Shown here: piece by piece, positions 38,782-52,254 of the stretch
Layout: the number at the start of each line of letters is the position of its first letter
Position numbering within the stretch: position 1 is the stretch's first letter
Assembly: GCA_025558095.1 (NCBI GenBank)
Contig: JAIVFI010000010.1
Coordinates: forward strand, 124,001-188,000
DNA length: 64,000 bases
Source: Hyaloraphidium curvatum SAG 235-1
Taxonomy: Eukaryota > Fungi > Monoblepharomycota
Reading direction: 5' to 3'
Position numbers and translations under genes: made by a program
Notes under the pieces: generated by a model
What the model was told of the DNA's origin: nothing
Databases searched by the model: none
Seen by the model: the letters and a program-made list of their open reading frames with translations, nothing else

Positions 38782-41125
38782 TCAAAGCTTGTGCTCGGCC
38801 ATCTGCAGCGCCTCGCCCGTCCGTGGAGCCCTCTTGGAAGCGAGGAAGGTGTCGATCGCCGCCCTGAGCTCCTTCTCGGGCCTGCACCGGTAGGTGCGCT
38901 CGGCGCCCGGTACCGGCAGCATGTCGCGCACGCCCTCGTCGCTGCCCTCGGGGTCCTCAGGATCAAACAGGAAGCCGACGTGCGAGTCGTGGCGGAGCTG
39001 CCGGGAAAAGAAGCGGAGGTGGCGGAGCGAGGGGTCGTGAAGGGAGAGGCGGAGGGTGGGAAGAAAGGAGACAACGGAACCACCTGAGGGATCGAGTGCC
39101 GGTGAGCTCCAGGAAGCTCGAGTTGCGTGCTCGCGTGCAAACCAACCGATCGGATTGTCCAGCGTGCGGATCCAGAAGCCGCTTTCCCACTGCGCCGCCC
39201 GCACACCCCGCTCCCTCATCCACCTCGGCATGCGCAGGTGGTACTCGAGAGCCCCGTTGGCGGCCACCGTCGTCGGATCCGCCACCATCCCGACGGAGTG
39301 ATTCGGGTACCCGTCCCAGAGCCTCCGCACCATGGCCTCGTCCTTGTACGACCCCAGATCCTGGATGTAGAGACCCGTCTGCGCCAGCGATCCGCGGACG
39401 AGGTAGCTCCCGCCCGTCTTCGACCGCCGGTACAGCGCGACCATCACGCCGACCGCGGTGTTCAGTCCCGTGGTTACGTCGCAGGCCATGATGGGCGTGA
39501 TGCTGGGCCTCGACGAGCCGTCCGTGTAGGGCTGGAAGCGGCCCTGGTGGAAGGACATGCCGGTGTAGTGCTGGCCCAGGAGCTCGACGCCGGGGAGGGC
39601 GGCAAGCGGTCCGTGGAAGCCGTAGGTGTTGGTCTCGGCGTACACGATGCCGCGCGGCCGGTCCTTGACGAGCTCGAGGACGTCACGGAATCCGAAGCCG
39701 AGCTTTTCGAGCGAACCGAGAAGGAGGTTGTTGACGACGACATCGGCTTCCAGGATGAGCGAGCGCATCTTGGCCTTGCCAGCCTCCGACTTGAGATCCA
39801 GCTCCACGCTCCGCTTGTTCAGGTTGATGTTAAGCTCGTGGCTGGGCACCAGATGGTCAGCCGTTGCCATACCGTGTAGCAGATGGAACCCACCTTGGAT
39901 AGTCAAAGATGTCGGCCGACGAAACCCGCATAACGTCCGCGCCGAGCTGCGCCAGCTGCAGCGTGAGGATGGGTCCCGCAACGATCCGCGTCACGTCGAG
40001 AACTTTGATCCCGTATAGGACACCACGAGACGGCAGCAGCTTCGGCACCGATCCGAACCTCCACCCCACTTCGGGCCAGCGTCCAGCTCGGTCATCCTTC
40101 GTCCGGCCCTGCAGGACGTCCTGCCACTCGTCCACGCTCCTCGGGCCCCGAATGGAGTGCACGCGCTCCACCGTCGTCCGCGGGAGCTTGGTGAGCACCG
40201 CACCCTGCTCCGTCGCTTCGAATTCCTCGCGCGTTCGGGGGACCACGGCGATGGCAGGAACCTTGGCGATCCGCGCCTCGGCCTCGAACGCCATCTGCTT
40301 CGCAAGACCCTCGTGGAGCAGCTGCACGAGCTCCGTGTGGTGCTTCAGGTACGTCTTCGGGTGCGTCGCCGGGGTGGTGATTCCCAAGCGCAGCATGTGG
40401 GTTACATCGGCAGGGGTGAAGCCGAGGGCGGCCAGATACGGTCCAGGGTGGTCGGTCACGCGAGGAAAGAGCAGGATGTGGCGGTCCTTGGTCCGGTAGG
40501 TGTCCGTCATGAAGGCACGAATGGTAGCAAAGAGCGGACTGACGCCCGGGGTGTCTGCAGGAGGGTCCACGAGCTCCTCCGTGGGGTTAACCGGCGCCGG
40601 TGCAGATGCAGGCTTCTGCGCGGCCATTTTCTCGGCAAGTCGCCGGTTGAACTGCGTGGTGGGCGGCGCAATCGTCAGATTCGTCCTGGAACGACGAGTC
40701 CAACCCACCAGCTCCGTGTTCTCGGCCCACAACCCTCCGCCCTCCGTCTCCCACACGCAAGCATACTGGCTCAGCGAGATCCAGGGCGCCTGCTCGACGT
40801 CGACCGTTCCGGTGCACTCCCTGCCGCGTGACCCCTCGAGCAGAGCGACGACCGCCGCTATTGCCACGTTTGCCCCCGCCATGCCCTCCCTGACGCGCGC
40901 TACAGTAAGCTCATTCCGAATGGGAAGTTGGACAAGGTAAACGCACGCGACGCGCCAAGGAGAGTGCACGAAAGGCCTGTCGGAGCCCTCGAGCTTGACG
41001 CGCCCCACGATCCGCTCGACGTCCTCCCTGCTCGGCGCACCGCGCCCGCGGAAGAGCCCGCATTCCTGCAGGATGCGGAGCGCCGCGCGGCGCGTCCCCG
41101 CGTGCGTGTCGTCGTCGCGTGGCAT
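38782..41125 (-). CDS. CoA-transferase family III (CaiB/BaiF), copy 1, 4 introns
   Basis: GIKVLDVTRIVAGP, LAQLGADV, NLNKRS and ACDVTTG (catalytic Asp position). Ends HKL. Confidence 0.88.
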
Positions 41126-41330
41126 CGGTGGGAGACAGGACCAGGCGGAATCTGAACACACTTGCCACCGCCCATGAACCGCGAGGCGGCCAATCATGCG
41201 GCAAAGCGTCCAGTGCAGGATGCACAGGAATCTCGGCAGACAGCTGCCACTTTCTCACTGGCACTTTCGTTTCTTGGACCGGCACATGCGTCTCCGGTGC
41301 AGCACGATACAGATCTCCGCCTTTCCATTC

Positions 41331-42910
41331 TTATGTCGAAGGGCAAGCCACATCCAGGACGATCGCCACCCCACTGGTCCGCAGCAGCGACCATATCGCT
41401 GCCAACACGGTGACAGCCGTCACCAGCACCGTCCTGACCACCGCGACGCCCACGGGAAACCCGGCGAACCGGGCGCGGTGCCGCTCGGCGGCGGCAAAAG
41501 CCCCGAGCACGTCGGCGTGGTGCCTCAGGGGGGCCGAGGGATCGCCGCCGGCGGCGACGAGGCACGCGGTCCGGGCGCGGGAGTACAGGTCGGAGATGGC
41601 GGTGATCTCCGAATTGGAGGCAGCGACGTTGATGAGGTCCGTCATGAGGAGGAGGAGGGTAAACGCAAGGAAGACAGCCACCCAAATGGGGATGCAGGCG
41701 CCAGCAACCTGGAGGAAAGTGAGAAAACCAAGCGATTGGCCGGCGGGAGGGAACCCACGATGTTGGTGATGGAAACGATGCAAATGACGATCAAGTACAT
41801 CCCCACGAGCACGCTGCCGGACTGGAGCAGAGGCGCTCGCTTTTCCCACACCGCAACGAGGGTCATATGAAGGTCAACGTAGGGCTCCCGCATCGTGGAA
41901 GAAGGCGACGACGGCGACTTGCCTGCCGTGCAGTGCTCGAGCAGTCCCGTGAGGAGAAGGCTCATGGCACGGTGGTGCAACCGAGAAGACAGCTTGGCGG
42001 CCGATATGCTCCCCGAATTGCGGTAAATGGCCATGCCCAGGAAGAAGTCGGCGTTGTAGGCGAGCCAGACCGTCGTGACCAGGGCGGCCCACCAAGTAGA
42101 CCAAGTCCAAGAGGCGTTCGTGATGGCGAGGGTCGAAGCCATTAACCAGAAAGAGGCCAGCGGTAACATGAGGCGAAAGGGAAGCTCGAGCAGGCGAAGA
42201 CGGCCAGAGGAATGCATCAGGCCGCCTGCGCAGGATTGCAAGGGGCATGGACAGAGCCTGTCGTCGGGGTCGTGAGCCAGGAGCTTGGATGGCACTCGAA
42301 AGGCAACGCCAATCTCTGCGTTAACCTCGGGAACCTCCTTGTCGCCCTTTTCCCAGCCCGAAACGGCCGGCTCGCGAGACTCGGTTTCCCTGGCGAGCTT
42401 GTTCCAGCGCGCGAACACTGCCAGCGGATGACCAGCGGCGTCGGCGTCGAGGCCGGCGCTCGCGCCGATCGCGGGCCTCCGGAACGAGTTGGAATAGCCG
42501 GCCGAAAGGAGCGCAACGATCCACGTTCCAGAGAAGCAGATGCCCGTGACTATCACGGAGGCCAGCATGGCCTGCGTCGAGAAGCGCGGTCCACGGCCGA
42601 CAAAGGTGACCGCCAGCAGCGCCCAGAGCAGAACGACCTCTATGCCCATGCGGGGAATGAACGAAGTTGCGCGGCTGACGAACGCGAACTGAAGCCGCGT
42701 CAGCGTCCGCAGCGGCTGCGACAGCTCCGCGAGCAGCGCCCGTCGGGAGAGTGGCGAGAGCGGTCTGACTTCCGCCGCGGGATCGGCGGGCGGGGCGATG
42801 CCCAGTTCGCGCGAGACCGGCGGCGGCGTGGGGAAGAGCACCAGCGCCTCCTCCGCGGTGAACATGCCGAGCATGGGGACTGCCCTGCCGATGCGCCCAT
42901 CGGGCTCCAT
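41331..42910 (-). CDS. Multi-pass membrane protein of unknown function, 1 intron
   Basis: Long ORF with about 7 hydrophobic segments and a CPCP..SC motif. An in-frame GT-AG junction leads into ORF 41331-41849. Confidence 0.65.
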
Positions 42911-43125
42911 TTCGGCAGGGGGCGGCGGCGGCTCGGCGGCGCTCCGTGAGCGAGCGGTGGGAGGTGCCTGATGGTGCCTGATGTCTCCCGCGCAGAATGG
43001 GTGGACTGCGATCTTCCGCCCGTTCCATCGCCTGCCGCCCGGACTCTCGCCGGCAGCGGTCGCAGCCGTATTTGTAATCCTGCGGGACATATTCTCCAAG
43101 CATATGCAATAGATGCGACTAGAGC

Positions 43126-45566
43126 CTAGAGCCTCTGCAGCGACGAGATCGGCACGACCCCCTCCACGATCTCTTTTTCGGGTGTGATCCTCTTCACCAG
43201 GGCCGACCCGTCCTCCCGCGCCTCCTTGACGAGCACCACATCGCCGACCTCGAGGGACAGCCCGTCGGCCGCGGATGCGACGAAGGCCTCGGCGGCGAAG
43301 CACCGCGCGTTGATGAGGGAGAGGTGCGGGTCCGCGGGAGGGGAGTAGGCCGGGGGCACGTCCGCCGGGACGGGGCCGGCCGACGAGCTGCTGCTGGGCT
43401 CCGGCCCAGATGAGGATCCGGAAGCTTCGCCGGCCGTCGCGTCGGCATCAGCCTTGCTGGGAATTGGGCCCTTGAAGTCGGTAGGGTGCTCGGCCGTCGC
43501 AGCAACGACGACGATCGCCGGGATCGCAGGGGCAGGGGCTTGAACAGCGGCAGCGACGGGAGCAGGGAGGGGAGCAGGTGCCGCAGCTACGCTCGCAGCA
43601 CCGAGCTCTCCCAAATCGACGGAGTTGTCCCCGTCCTTGGGGCCGTCGTCACCGGCGACCCTGGCCTTGTTCCTTTTGGCGAGGAAGAAGAGGAGCGCGC
43701 CGATGATGGTCAGCCCGGCGAGACCACCGACCACGCCGCCGACAATGGCGCCGATGTTGGCGGATGACGCCTGGGAACTCTCGACGGCCGCGATCGCCGC
43801 CGTCGCCGACGGAACCGCTGTTGTCGACGACACTCCGTCGTTGCAGCTGCCGATCGACTGCACGTCCAGGTTCCTCAGCGCATGCCCTTGGAAAAACCAG
43901 CCCGTGGATGCGCCGAAGCCGAACTTGAGCGTCGGGGGCAGGTCGGCGGGCTTGCGCACGCTGAGGACCGTCGTCCACCCGGGCTTCGTCGCCGCACCGT
44001 AGTCCCTGAAATTGAGCTCCACCGTGACGTTGCCGTCCACGGGGACAGTGAAGCGCGCCTGGAGGGGCAGCTCCTCCGGGAACGGCGGCGAGAGGACCAC
44101 GGTCATGGTCGTGTTCAGGGGCTGGGCCGCGAGCCAGCAGTAGCCCTTTGTGCCGGCCGTGTTGAACGCGGGCCCGCGCACAGCGATGGAGTTGGGCATG
44201 ATATCGTTGGTCAGCGACCGCTGATCCGCGGGGCAGTCGCCCCCGGTCCCGCCCTTGACGTTGTCCCGGTTGAAGAAGCCGTACGTGTCCAGGCCGATCC
44301 CCAGCACGGCCCCGCGCACCCCGGGGCCGACCTTCTCGACCCCAGTTTGCCCGTTCGCGTTGTGCACGTTGGCGTAGGCGAGCTGTCCGCCCGGCGTGCC
44401 CAGCGAAGGCGTGAGAACGCTTCCGTCGAAGAGGAAGAAGCTCATGCCATCAGCGGGCTGCTGGCCCTCCTTTCCGCGGATGTTGTACATGGCCACGTCC
44501 ACGGTGACCTGGATCCCGCGGCGTGTGGGGATGGCACGGTTGTACATGAGCCCGCCGAGGTTGCTGGTCGTCGGCGCGGTCAGCTGCAGGGTGTTGTTCC
44601 AAGCCACGTCGGCCATGTTGCAGCGGCCGGTGGCGGTGAGGCACGCGTCGCTGTTGACGGTGAGGAAGCCGGTGTCGGCGAACTGGGGCGTGCGGAAGGT
44701 CTCGAAGAGGACGGCGCAGCGCGCGCCGGGCAGCTCGGCGGGGGTGGCAGCGGCGGTGCCCGTCGCGGATGCAGTTGTCGTGACCGTGGTCCTGGTCGTC
44801 GTCGGCGCATTGTCCCCCGGGCACGGCGGGCGGGTGCCGTAGAAGAGGTACTCGCTCGCGAGCTCGCACCAACTCCCCTCTGCGTAACGCGGTGAGATGA
44901 GCTGCATCCCCATGCGGGCACCGGCTGTGACCACTCACTTGCGGAAGGTTGCGGGCACGTCACGCCGGTGTTGAGAAGCGGGTTCGGCTCCGACTCGCCC
45001 GGGGCGACGATGGTGCAGTCGGAGTCGGAGAACCTATGGCACCGTCAGCGGCAGCTCGCCAACCCAAACTCCAGGGCAACCACTCACCATGAGCACGTTG
45101 CATTGGTGGGCCCGAGGCACTGCACGGTCCCGTTCGCGTAGGGGAACCCGACGTTCCGCACATTGAGGTAGTTCCCCTTGTCACCGCAGCTCCGAATGCA
45201 GCGCCACGGCCCCAGGGGGTAGCAGCTCGCGACCTGCGGGTGGCCCTCGATCAGGGTCCACGCCGCCGCGCGGCACCACCCTCCGGTTGTGTCCGGGCAA
45301 ACGAAGCCTTGGCCAGGGACGGGGTCCACAGAGTCGTAGGTGAGCCTGTCGCAGCTCTCCCCGATGTACCAGGAGCAGGTCGCGTTGTCCTTGCCGAGGC
45401 ACCGGGGCATGCCATTGGGCGCCAACTGGGCGCGGAAGAAGCTGCCGGCCTTGTCCTCGCAGGAACGCACGCAGGTCCATGCCTGGGCCGATGCGGCGGC
45501 GGCGCCCGACAGGAGGGCGGCCGCGATAAGCGCGGCCCGCGCCAGCAAAGCGCCGGGGAAGGGCAT
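43126..45566 (-). CDS. Type-I membrane protein: signal peptide, 2 Cys-rich repeats, L-type lectin domain, TM, SH3-like domain
   Basis: WTCVRSC/WRCIRSC repeats; ADGMSFFL, GIGLDTYG and LKFGFGASTG (legume-lectin-like); TM IGAIVGGVVGG; FVASAADGLSLEVGD...GVVP. Confidence 0.75.
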
Positions 45567-46160
45567 TGCGGGATCCGAGTCACGCGGCGCGCACTCAGGG
45601 TGCTCGGCGGACCGGAGATTGGACGCCTGGGCGCGGCTGCGGTCGATGTCCGGGCAGCCTCGCGGCCTTGCGGTCTTGATGATAAGCGCTGAGCTGCTCG
45701 GCGCGCTGCGGGAGCGGCTCCTGAAACGAATGTTTCCTTTTGGGGACGGGTTGCCGTCGTAAGTCTGGACGAAATGGAACGTGGCGGAGCATGACGACAC
45801 CATAAGGATTCGAACGTGCTTCAGGAGCTTTCCGGCGCGTTCATCAAAGCACCATGTGAAAAGATCACTGGCCATCAATTAATGCGGACGAGCTAGTCGT
45901 CCGGTCGGCTTCCCATCGACCGCTTATTGACAGTGGGAGACGCGTCGACGCCTCCCATCGGTGCACGGTCGCCTGACTGTCCACGCCTCGAAAGAGATCC
46001 GTTCCATTCGGTCATGGACTAGCGGTGCTTCGTTCGCCGGGATGCGGCTTCCGGTGAGTGATTGGTTGCGACTCTCGTGTCCAGCAGATCATCTCGACGA
46101 CGCGTCCTCCGCTGCCCAGATCAGATCACACAAACAGAGCGCGTTCTCACTCCGCCCGCC

Positions 46161-47228
46161 ATGGAGCCGCCCGACTACCAGACGACGGTGCGGTTCTCGT
46201 TCGCGGCCGAGGCGGCGGACGCGTCGGAGCCGCCGCCGCCGGCCGATGCGGCGAGCCACGTCGCGCTCGCGCACCGCGGCGCCGCCGTCCGCGTGCCCGC
46301 GCGCGCGCTGCCGGCCGCGGGCCCCGCGCGCTTCGTGCTGCTCTCAGACGTGCGCCGCGCGGTGCCCGCGGCGTCGGCGCTGGTCGACGCCGCCGGCTGG
46401 ATGATCCCCGCCGAGCTCGACGCGGCCGGCGACGAGGCGCGCCCGGTGCGCTGGCGGCTGCCCGGCGGAGGCGTCGACCCGGCGTGGGAAGTGTTCGTGC
46501 CCGATCGCAGGGATCGGAGGGACGCGCCGCGGTCGCGGAGGGCCCAGAGGAAGGACGACAAGGAGGAGCGCGAGAGGCAGTCTGCCGCCGCCTACGCCTC
46601 GGCCCTGGACAACCCGCTGCCCGAGCCCGGCGGGCCGCAGCAGACCCTCGGTGTGGGCACCGGCAGCACGGGCAGCGGCATCGGCCCCTCCGAGGCTCCG
46701 GGGTCGGCCGGCAACGCCCCCGACAGCGCGCGCCCGCCCGCCCAGGCCGACTTTCCCGCCTTTGCCGTGCGCGCCCTCCCGTCGCTCCGCGAGCACGACC
46801 TCGACGCGGCCTCCGAATCCTCGTACGACCCCGCCTCGGACCCCGAGCCCGATCCGGACCCCGACGGGGACGCCAAGCCGTCCTCGTCCGCCGCAAACGA
46901 CGCCGCGCTGCTGCAGGCCGTCGACGCCCGCCTGGCGCAGCTCTCGGACCAGATCACCGCGCTGCACCATGCCTTGTCGGACCGCATCCAGGCGGTGCTG
47001 ATGCGGCTGCACACGGTGTACAACAGGCTGGGGGCGCTCGAGGCGGGGAGGAGGCCAGGGCAGCCGACGGCGGCGGGGGGGGCGCCGGCAGTGCCGCCGC
47101 CCCCATTGCCGTTCAGGAACAACCCGGAGCACGGGACGCTGCCGCCGGCGTTCAGGGAGGGCGGGCCGCCGAGGAGGCCAGTGGAGGGGCAGGGGAAGCC
47201 GGACGAGCTGCCCCCGCCGTACAACTGA
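46161..47228 (+). CDS. Hypothetical protein with coiled coil and PPxY motifs
   Basis: GC3-rich ORF with PPDY at the N-terminus and PPPY at the C-terminus. Confidence 0.55.
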   Translation: MEPPDYQTTVRFSFAAEAADASEPPPPADAASHVALAHRGAAVRVPARALPAAGPARFVLLSDVRRAVPAASALVDAAGWMIPAELDAAGDEARPVRWRLPGGGVDPAWEVFVPDRRDRRDAPRSRRAQRKDDKEERERQSAAAYASALDNPLPEPGGPQQTLGVGTGSTGSGIGPSEAPGSAGNAPDSARPPAQADFPAFAVRALPSLREHDLDAASESSYDPASDPEPDPDPDGDAKPSSSAANDAALLQAVDARLAQLSDQITALHHALSDRIQAVLMRLHTVYNRLGALEAGRRPGQPTAAGGAPAVPPPPLPFRNNPEHGTLPPAFREGGPPRRPVEGQGKPDELPPPYN

Positions 47229-47298
47229 CTTTTCGTCCGGTCACTGGAACCGGAGAGCGGGGGCATTACCTGGACTGGAGAGACACGGTAGAGATTCT

Positions 47299-48700
47299 TC
47301 ATGCACGGATTGATTGATTGATTGAAGTAGATACGGTAGCATACTCCTGGACCTCCCTACATCGGCACGTCCCAGCGCACCCGCTCACCCGAGCGCCATC
47401 AGGCTGTCGCTCATCGACAGCGGCAGGTACCTCTTGAGCGCGAGCATCACCTTGCCCGTCACGCCGACCTCGACGTGATACGGCGGGTCCGCGGGCAAAA
47501 GGGCGCGGTCGATCATCTCCTGGGCGACGAACTCGGGGGTGATGAAGGGGACGGACTTCATTAAGTTGCCCTGGAAAGCGGGAAGGAGGTGTGAATATGT
47601 GTTCGGGAGGTGAAACGGGGGCATAGCTCACGTAGTCGAGGCCCTGGAGCATCTTCTCGCCGCCGTACGCCTCGAGCGCCTCGGGCGCGTTGCGCTTCCT
47701 GATCTTGTCCGCCTCGGCGGGGTTGAGGATGCTGAACAGGCCCGACTTGGCGAACCAGGGCTGGACTGCAGGCCGGCACGAAGCCTCAGAACCCGCGCCG
47801 TGGGACAGACGGCAAGCCACCGACCCTGCACCACCGCGATCCCGAACTTCTTCATCTCCAGCCTCAGCGTCGCCATCAGCCCCGACGCCGCGTGCTTGCT
47901 CGCGTTGTACGCGCTCCCCGCCGGCACCACCAGCTCCGCCACCACCGAGGTGATGGTGATCACCCTGGGTTTGGCGTATCTCCCCGGAGGGTATTTCGCG
48001 GCCGTCCGCCTCAGCAGCGGGAGCAGCGCCGCGGTAACCCTCCACACGCCGAACACGTTGACCTCGAACACGGTGTGCCAGTCCTCGATGGTCGAGAGCT
48101 CCACGTGGACGCCGCGGAGGATGCCGGCGATGTTCCAGATGGCGAAGAGGTTGATGCCCGAGGATTCGGAGAACTCGGCCTCGAAGCGGGACTTCATAGC
48201 CGCGACGCTGTCGTCCTTGGTCACGTCGAGGGGGAAGGTGACGACGTTGAGGAGGGAGGCGGCGGCGAGGTCCGCGGCGCCTGGAAAGGGGGAGGTTGGA
48301 GGTCAGCGGGGACCAGAGACTGGAGGAGGCCAGGGAGAAGGCTTAGGGCAACAACAAAGCCAATTCCAAGGCAGAGGCCTTCTTCCACGACGTGTTCCGG
48401 CCCCCGATGAGGCAGAAGAGCCCCACGATCGCCGTCCTGGGGGTCCGCGTCCTCCGCCCAATGTCACATGCCGGCCCGACACCCACCCTTCTCGGTCAGG
48501 CAGCCCGCGTAGATCTTGTACGGCAGCCCGCGCTTCGCTAGCAGCTTCACGGTCTCGTTCGCGATGCCCATGTCGCAGCCGGTGATCACCACGGCCGGGT
48601 TGGGCGGGAGCTCCGCGGAACCGGCGAGCAGCTTCCGCGCGAGGAGGAGGGCGCCGGCCGCCGCGGCGCCGTAACCAACGATTTGTTGCGTGGTGGGCAT
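47299..48700 (-). CDS. SDR of the retinol / 17beta-HSD-like group, multi-exon (3' end uncertain)
   Basis: VITGCDMGIA, WNIAGI, FEVNVFG and YNASKHA motifs. Confidence 0.8.
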
Positions 48701-49169
48701 CGCGTCCTGGGTCCGGGAGACGCTCGGTAGGTGAGGGTTCGCGTCAGGAGTGGGATGAGCGGTGGATCGATGAAGAGCCTGATTTTGCGGGCTGTGCGGA
48801 GGGCGGGGCTCCTTGCACTTCCATCCTGGCATCGTGCCTTGCCGCAGCCGTCTACCGTCCATCAATTGAACAGCGTGCCCCCTTGCTTACCAGGCAGGCT
48901 CCATCTTCTGAACTTTAAGGTGCCGTTGATTTGCTCGTTCGAGTTGCAGTGCCCAACTCCAACTGTTATCCGATCCGTCAAGGCATCTCAAGCCGCAAAA
49001 CCTGCTGCAGCTCAAATCCACTCGAGTTATCGCATTTGGGTTATCGGCGACCCCCGAACCGTGGGTTCCAAGGGGCTCGTCAGCCGCGGGTCGCAGGTTC
49101 ATGGGGTCTCCGCACGGTTTGCCGCCTGCCACCATTTTCTTCGCCCCATTCTCACCCCGCCTACACGCC

Positions 49170-52075
49170 ATGGCGCCCGTCCGCGGCGAAGAGGGCGTGC
49201 GCTTCGGCGGCATGGCCGGCGCCTCCGACGGCCGCGGCGGCCGCGGGCTCGACCTGCCGCCGGGCGTCTCGATGAAGGACATCGAGGTCGACCCGGACCT
49301 GGACGCCGTCGACGACTCGGAGCTGGGCCTCGAGGTGGGAATCCCTCCCTCCAATTCATAAAGTGGAGCTCAGACGTACGGATCCCGCCCACCCGGGCCA
49401 TGCCGGCCGCGCTTGCAGGAGCTCGAAGCGCGCTACCGCGAACGCGTCGCCCGCATCCCCTCGCCCATGGACGCCGTCGTCATCGTCGACAACGTGCCCA
49501 TCGTGGACAACAACAAAAAGGACAAGCTGCTGTCGGTCATCAAGCGCATCTTCAAGAACATCGGCAACATCGTCGAGCCCGACGGGACGTACATGCCGAT
49601 GGGCGAGGACGGGAACAGCAAGGGGTGAGAGTCGGGGCTCTTTTGGGGGGAGGATCTTTGTTTTTGGCTCTCTGGGCGCTTCTTTGTGTGGCAGTCGATG
49701 GGCACGGGCGCTGGGGGACCGGGGAAGTCGGCCTGCATCGAGCGCGCGGCCTGAGTAACGGCCGAAGCGCCCCGCCGTCGCAATTGGATCGTTCTTCCTG
49801 CTTCGGCCGACTTTTCGATCCATGCTTATTCCGCCCCTGCCCGCTCCAGATACCTCTTTGTCGAGTTCGAGACGCCCGAGGAGGCCACCAACGCCGTCAA
49901 GCAGGGAGACGGCTACCGCCTCGACAAGGCGCACGTCCTCTCGGTCATGCACTTCAAGGACGTGGAAAAGTTTGCCCACATGTCGGACGAATACAAGGAG
50001 CCGGCGGAGGAGCCCTTTGTTGCCAAAGAGCACCTCAAGTCGTGGCTCATGGACCCCCGCGCGCGGGACCAGTTCGCGGTCATGCGGGGGGAGGAGACGG
50101 CCATCTTCTGGAACTCGAAGCCCGAGGAGGAGCTGGTATACACTCGCACGGTCGGTTGCGAGTCTCGTGCCGGGGGAAGATCGCGGTCTCATTCGTCGTG
50201 GCCGCTCCGCAGAACTGGACCGAGTCCTACGTGCAGTTCTCGCCCTACGGAACCTACCTGGCCACGTTCCACCGGCAGGGTATCGCCCTGTGGGGCGGCC
50301 CGTCCTGGGAGCGCCTGGCCCGGTTCGCCCACCCGGGGGTCAAGCTCATCGACTTTTCGCCCAAGGAGACTTACCTGGTCAGCTTTAGCCCCGACCCGAT
50401 CACCACCCCCGAGGGCGACAACCACGTGCGTTGCGTTTTGCCGTCATTGCCGGTGGATTGGGGCTGAAGGCTCGCGTTCCGCAGAACCTCCTCGTCTGGG
50501 ACGTGGCGACCGGCCGCTTCATGCGTTCCTTCCTCATCGAGCCCCCCGGCGCCGGCCGTCCCCCGCGCGAGGACCGCCCCGCCCCGCAGTTCGAGTGGCC
50601 CGTGTTCAAGTGGACCCCGGACGACGTCTACCTCACCCGCATGACCCCCGAGGGCCTCTCGGTCTACCAGACCCCGGACATGGGCCTGCTGGACAAGAAG
50701 TCGATCAAGGTCGAGGAGATCCAGGGCTTTGCCGTGTCGCCCGGGTCGGACGTGGTGGCGTACTGGACGCCCGAGATCGGCAACAACCCGGCCAGGGTGA
50801 CGCTGATGAAGCTGCCCAGCAAGGAGATCCTGCGGACGAAGAACCTGTTCAACGTCAAGGAGGTGCGTGGACTCGCGGGTTGGCAAGACTCGATCTCAAG
50901 CTAACTCGTGCGGTTCTCGCAGTGCCGAATCATCTTCCATCCCTCGGGCTCGCACGTCGCGGTCCACGTTACCCGGTTCACCAAGACCAAGAAGAGCACC
51001 TTCTCCAACATCGAGATCTTCAGACTCAAGGAGCGCGATGTCCCGATCGATGTGAGTCGTCGAGGCCGGTCGCAAAGTCGGACTTCTCTGACTGACATGC
51101 ACCAGGTCCTCGAAGTCAAGCAGACGGAAGAGGTCCAGCTCTTTGCCTGGGAGCCGGAAGGCACTCGCTTCGCCTTCCTCGCAGTCGAGGGCGCCGGTGC
51201 CGCCGCCAAGAACACCATCTACATCTACGAGGCGCCGGTCGGCCCCGGCGTCGCCGCCCCCGTCCCCGGTACCAAGGAGTCGGCGACCCCCGCCACGGTG
51301 AAGCTGCTCAAGGCGCTGGACCGCAAGAACATCGCGGGTGTGCACTGGTCGCCCAAGGGCCGCTTCGCCATCTTCCGGAGCGCACAGGGCGAGCTCGAGT
51401 GGTTCGACGCGGACGACATGGCGACCCTCTCCACGGTGGAGCACTTTGGAGTGAACCAGCTTGACTGGGATCCCAGCGGGCGCTACGTCGTGAGCACGGC
51501 CAGCGGCTGGAAGGGAGGGGTGGGTTTCATTGGCACTGCTGCGTATGACTCTCGTTTTCTCATTGGATCGTCTCCAGTCCGACACTGGCTACAACATTTA
51601 CAACATTGTCGGCCAGAACCTGGTCCGGCGACCGCTGCCGGGCTTCCGCCAGTTCGTGTGGCGGCCCCGGCCGCCGCTGATGCTCCCCTCGGACAAGCGG
51701 AAGGAGATCCGCAAGAACATCAAGGACTACTCGAAGGAGTTCGAGGAGATCGACGCGGCCGCGACGACGGCCGTGGGCCGGGAGGTCCGCGAGCGGCGCA
51801 TTAAGCTCATGGAGGAGTGGCAGCAGTACCGCGACCAGTGCCGGCGCACGTGGGAGGAGCAGCGCCCGGAGCGGGAGCGGATCCCCGGCTGGCGGCCGGA
51901 GCTCGACCTCAAGCTGGAAGGCCAGCACGGCGACGACGTCGAGGTGGAGGAGATTGAGGAGGTCGTGGTCGAGGAGACGGAGGAGGCCGTCGACCGGATC
52001 CCGGGCGAGGACGACGACGACGAGATGATGGACCGCCCTGGGTCCGCGCTGCGCGGCGGGACCCCGAGCTACTGA
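49170..52075 (+). CDS. PRT1: Translation initiation factor 3 subunit B, 7 introns
   Basis: RRM (VIVDNVP, KG|YLFVEF), [30 protein letters not shown] and WRPRPP. All introns are GT-AG. Confidence 0.95.
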
Positions 52076-52254
52076 GGACTCGAACAACTATCGCCGCAAG
52101 GCTAGACGAGGGGCATGATGTCGTGTAGTGCCTGGCGATCGGGCAACAATTGCTGCTGTCAGACTTGAGGGCGGTTGATGGAGGTCCGTTCAGTGGTGGC
52201 CAAGCCAAGTGGCCGCGATTGTCTCCCGCGCTGGAAGTTCCGCAACCGATCCTG

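Noticed and set aside
45934-45957. Hairpin TGGGAG...CTCCCA near the palindrome centre as a recombination site
   Set aside because: Short, imperfect, single and not at the symmetry axis; plausible by chance at this GC content.
47308-47325. (GATT)n tract
   Set aside because: An ordinary short microsatellite between convergent genes.
41126-52254. Calling the spacer a mating-type locus
   Set aside because: No homeodomain, alpha-box, sexM/P-like HMG or pheromone/receptor gene is recognisable inside the spacer.
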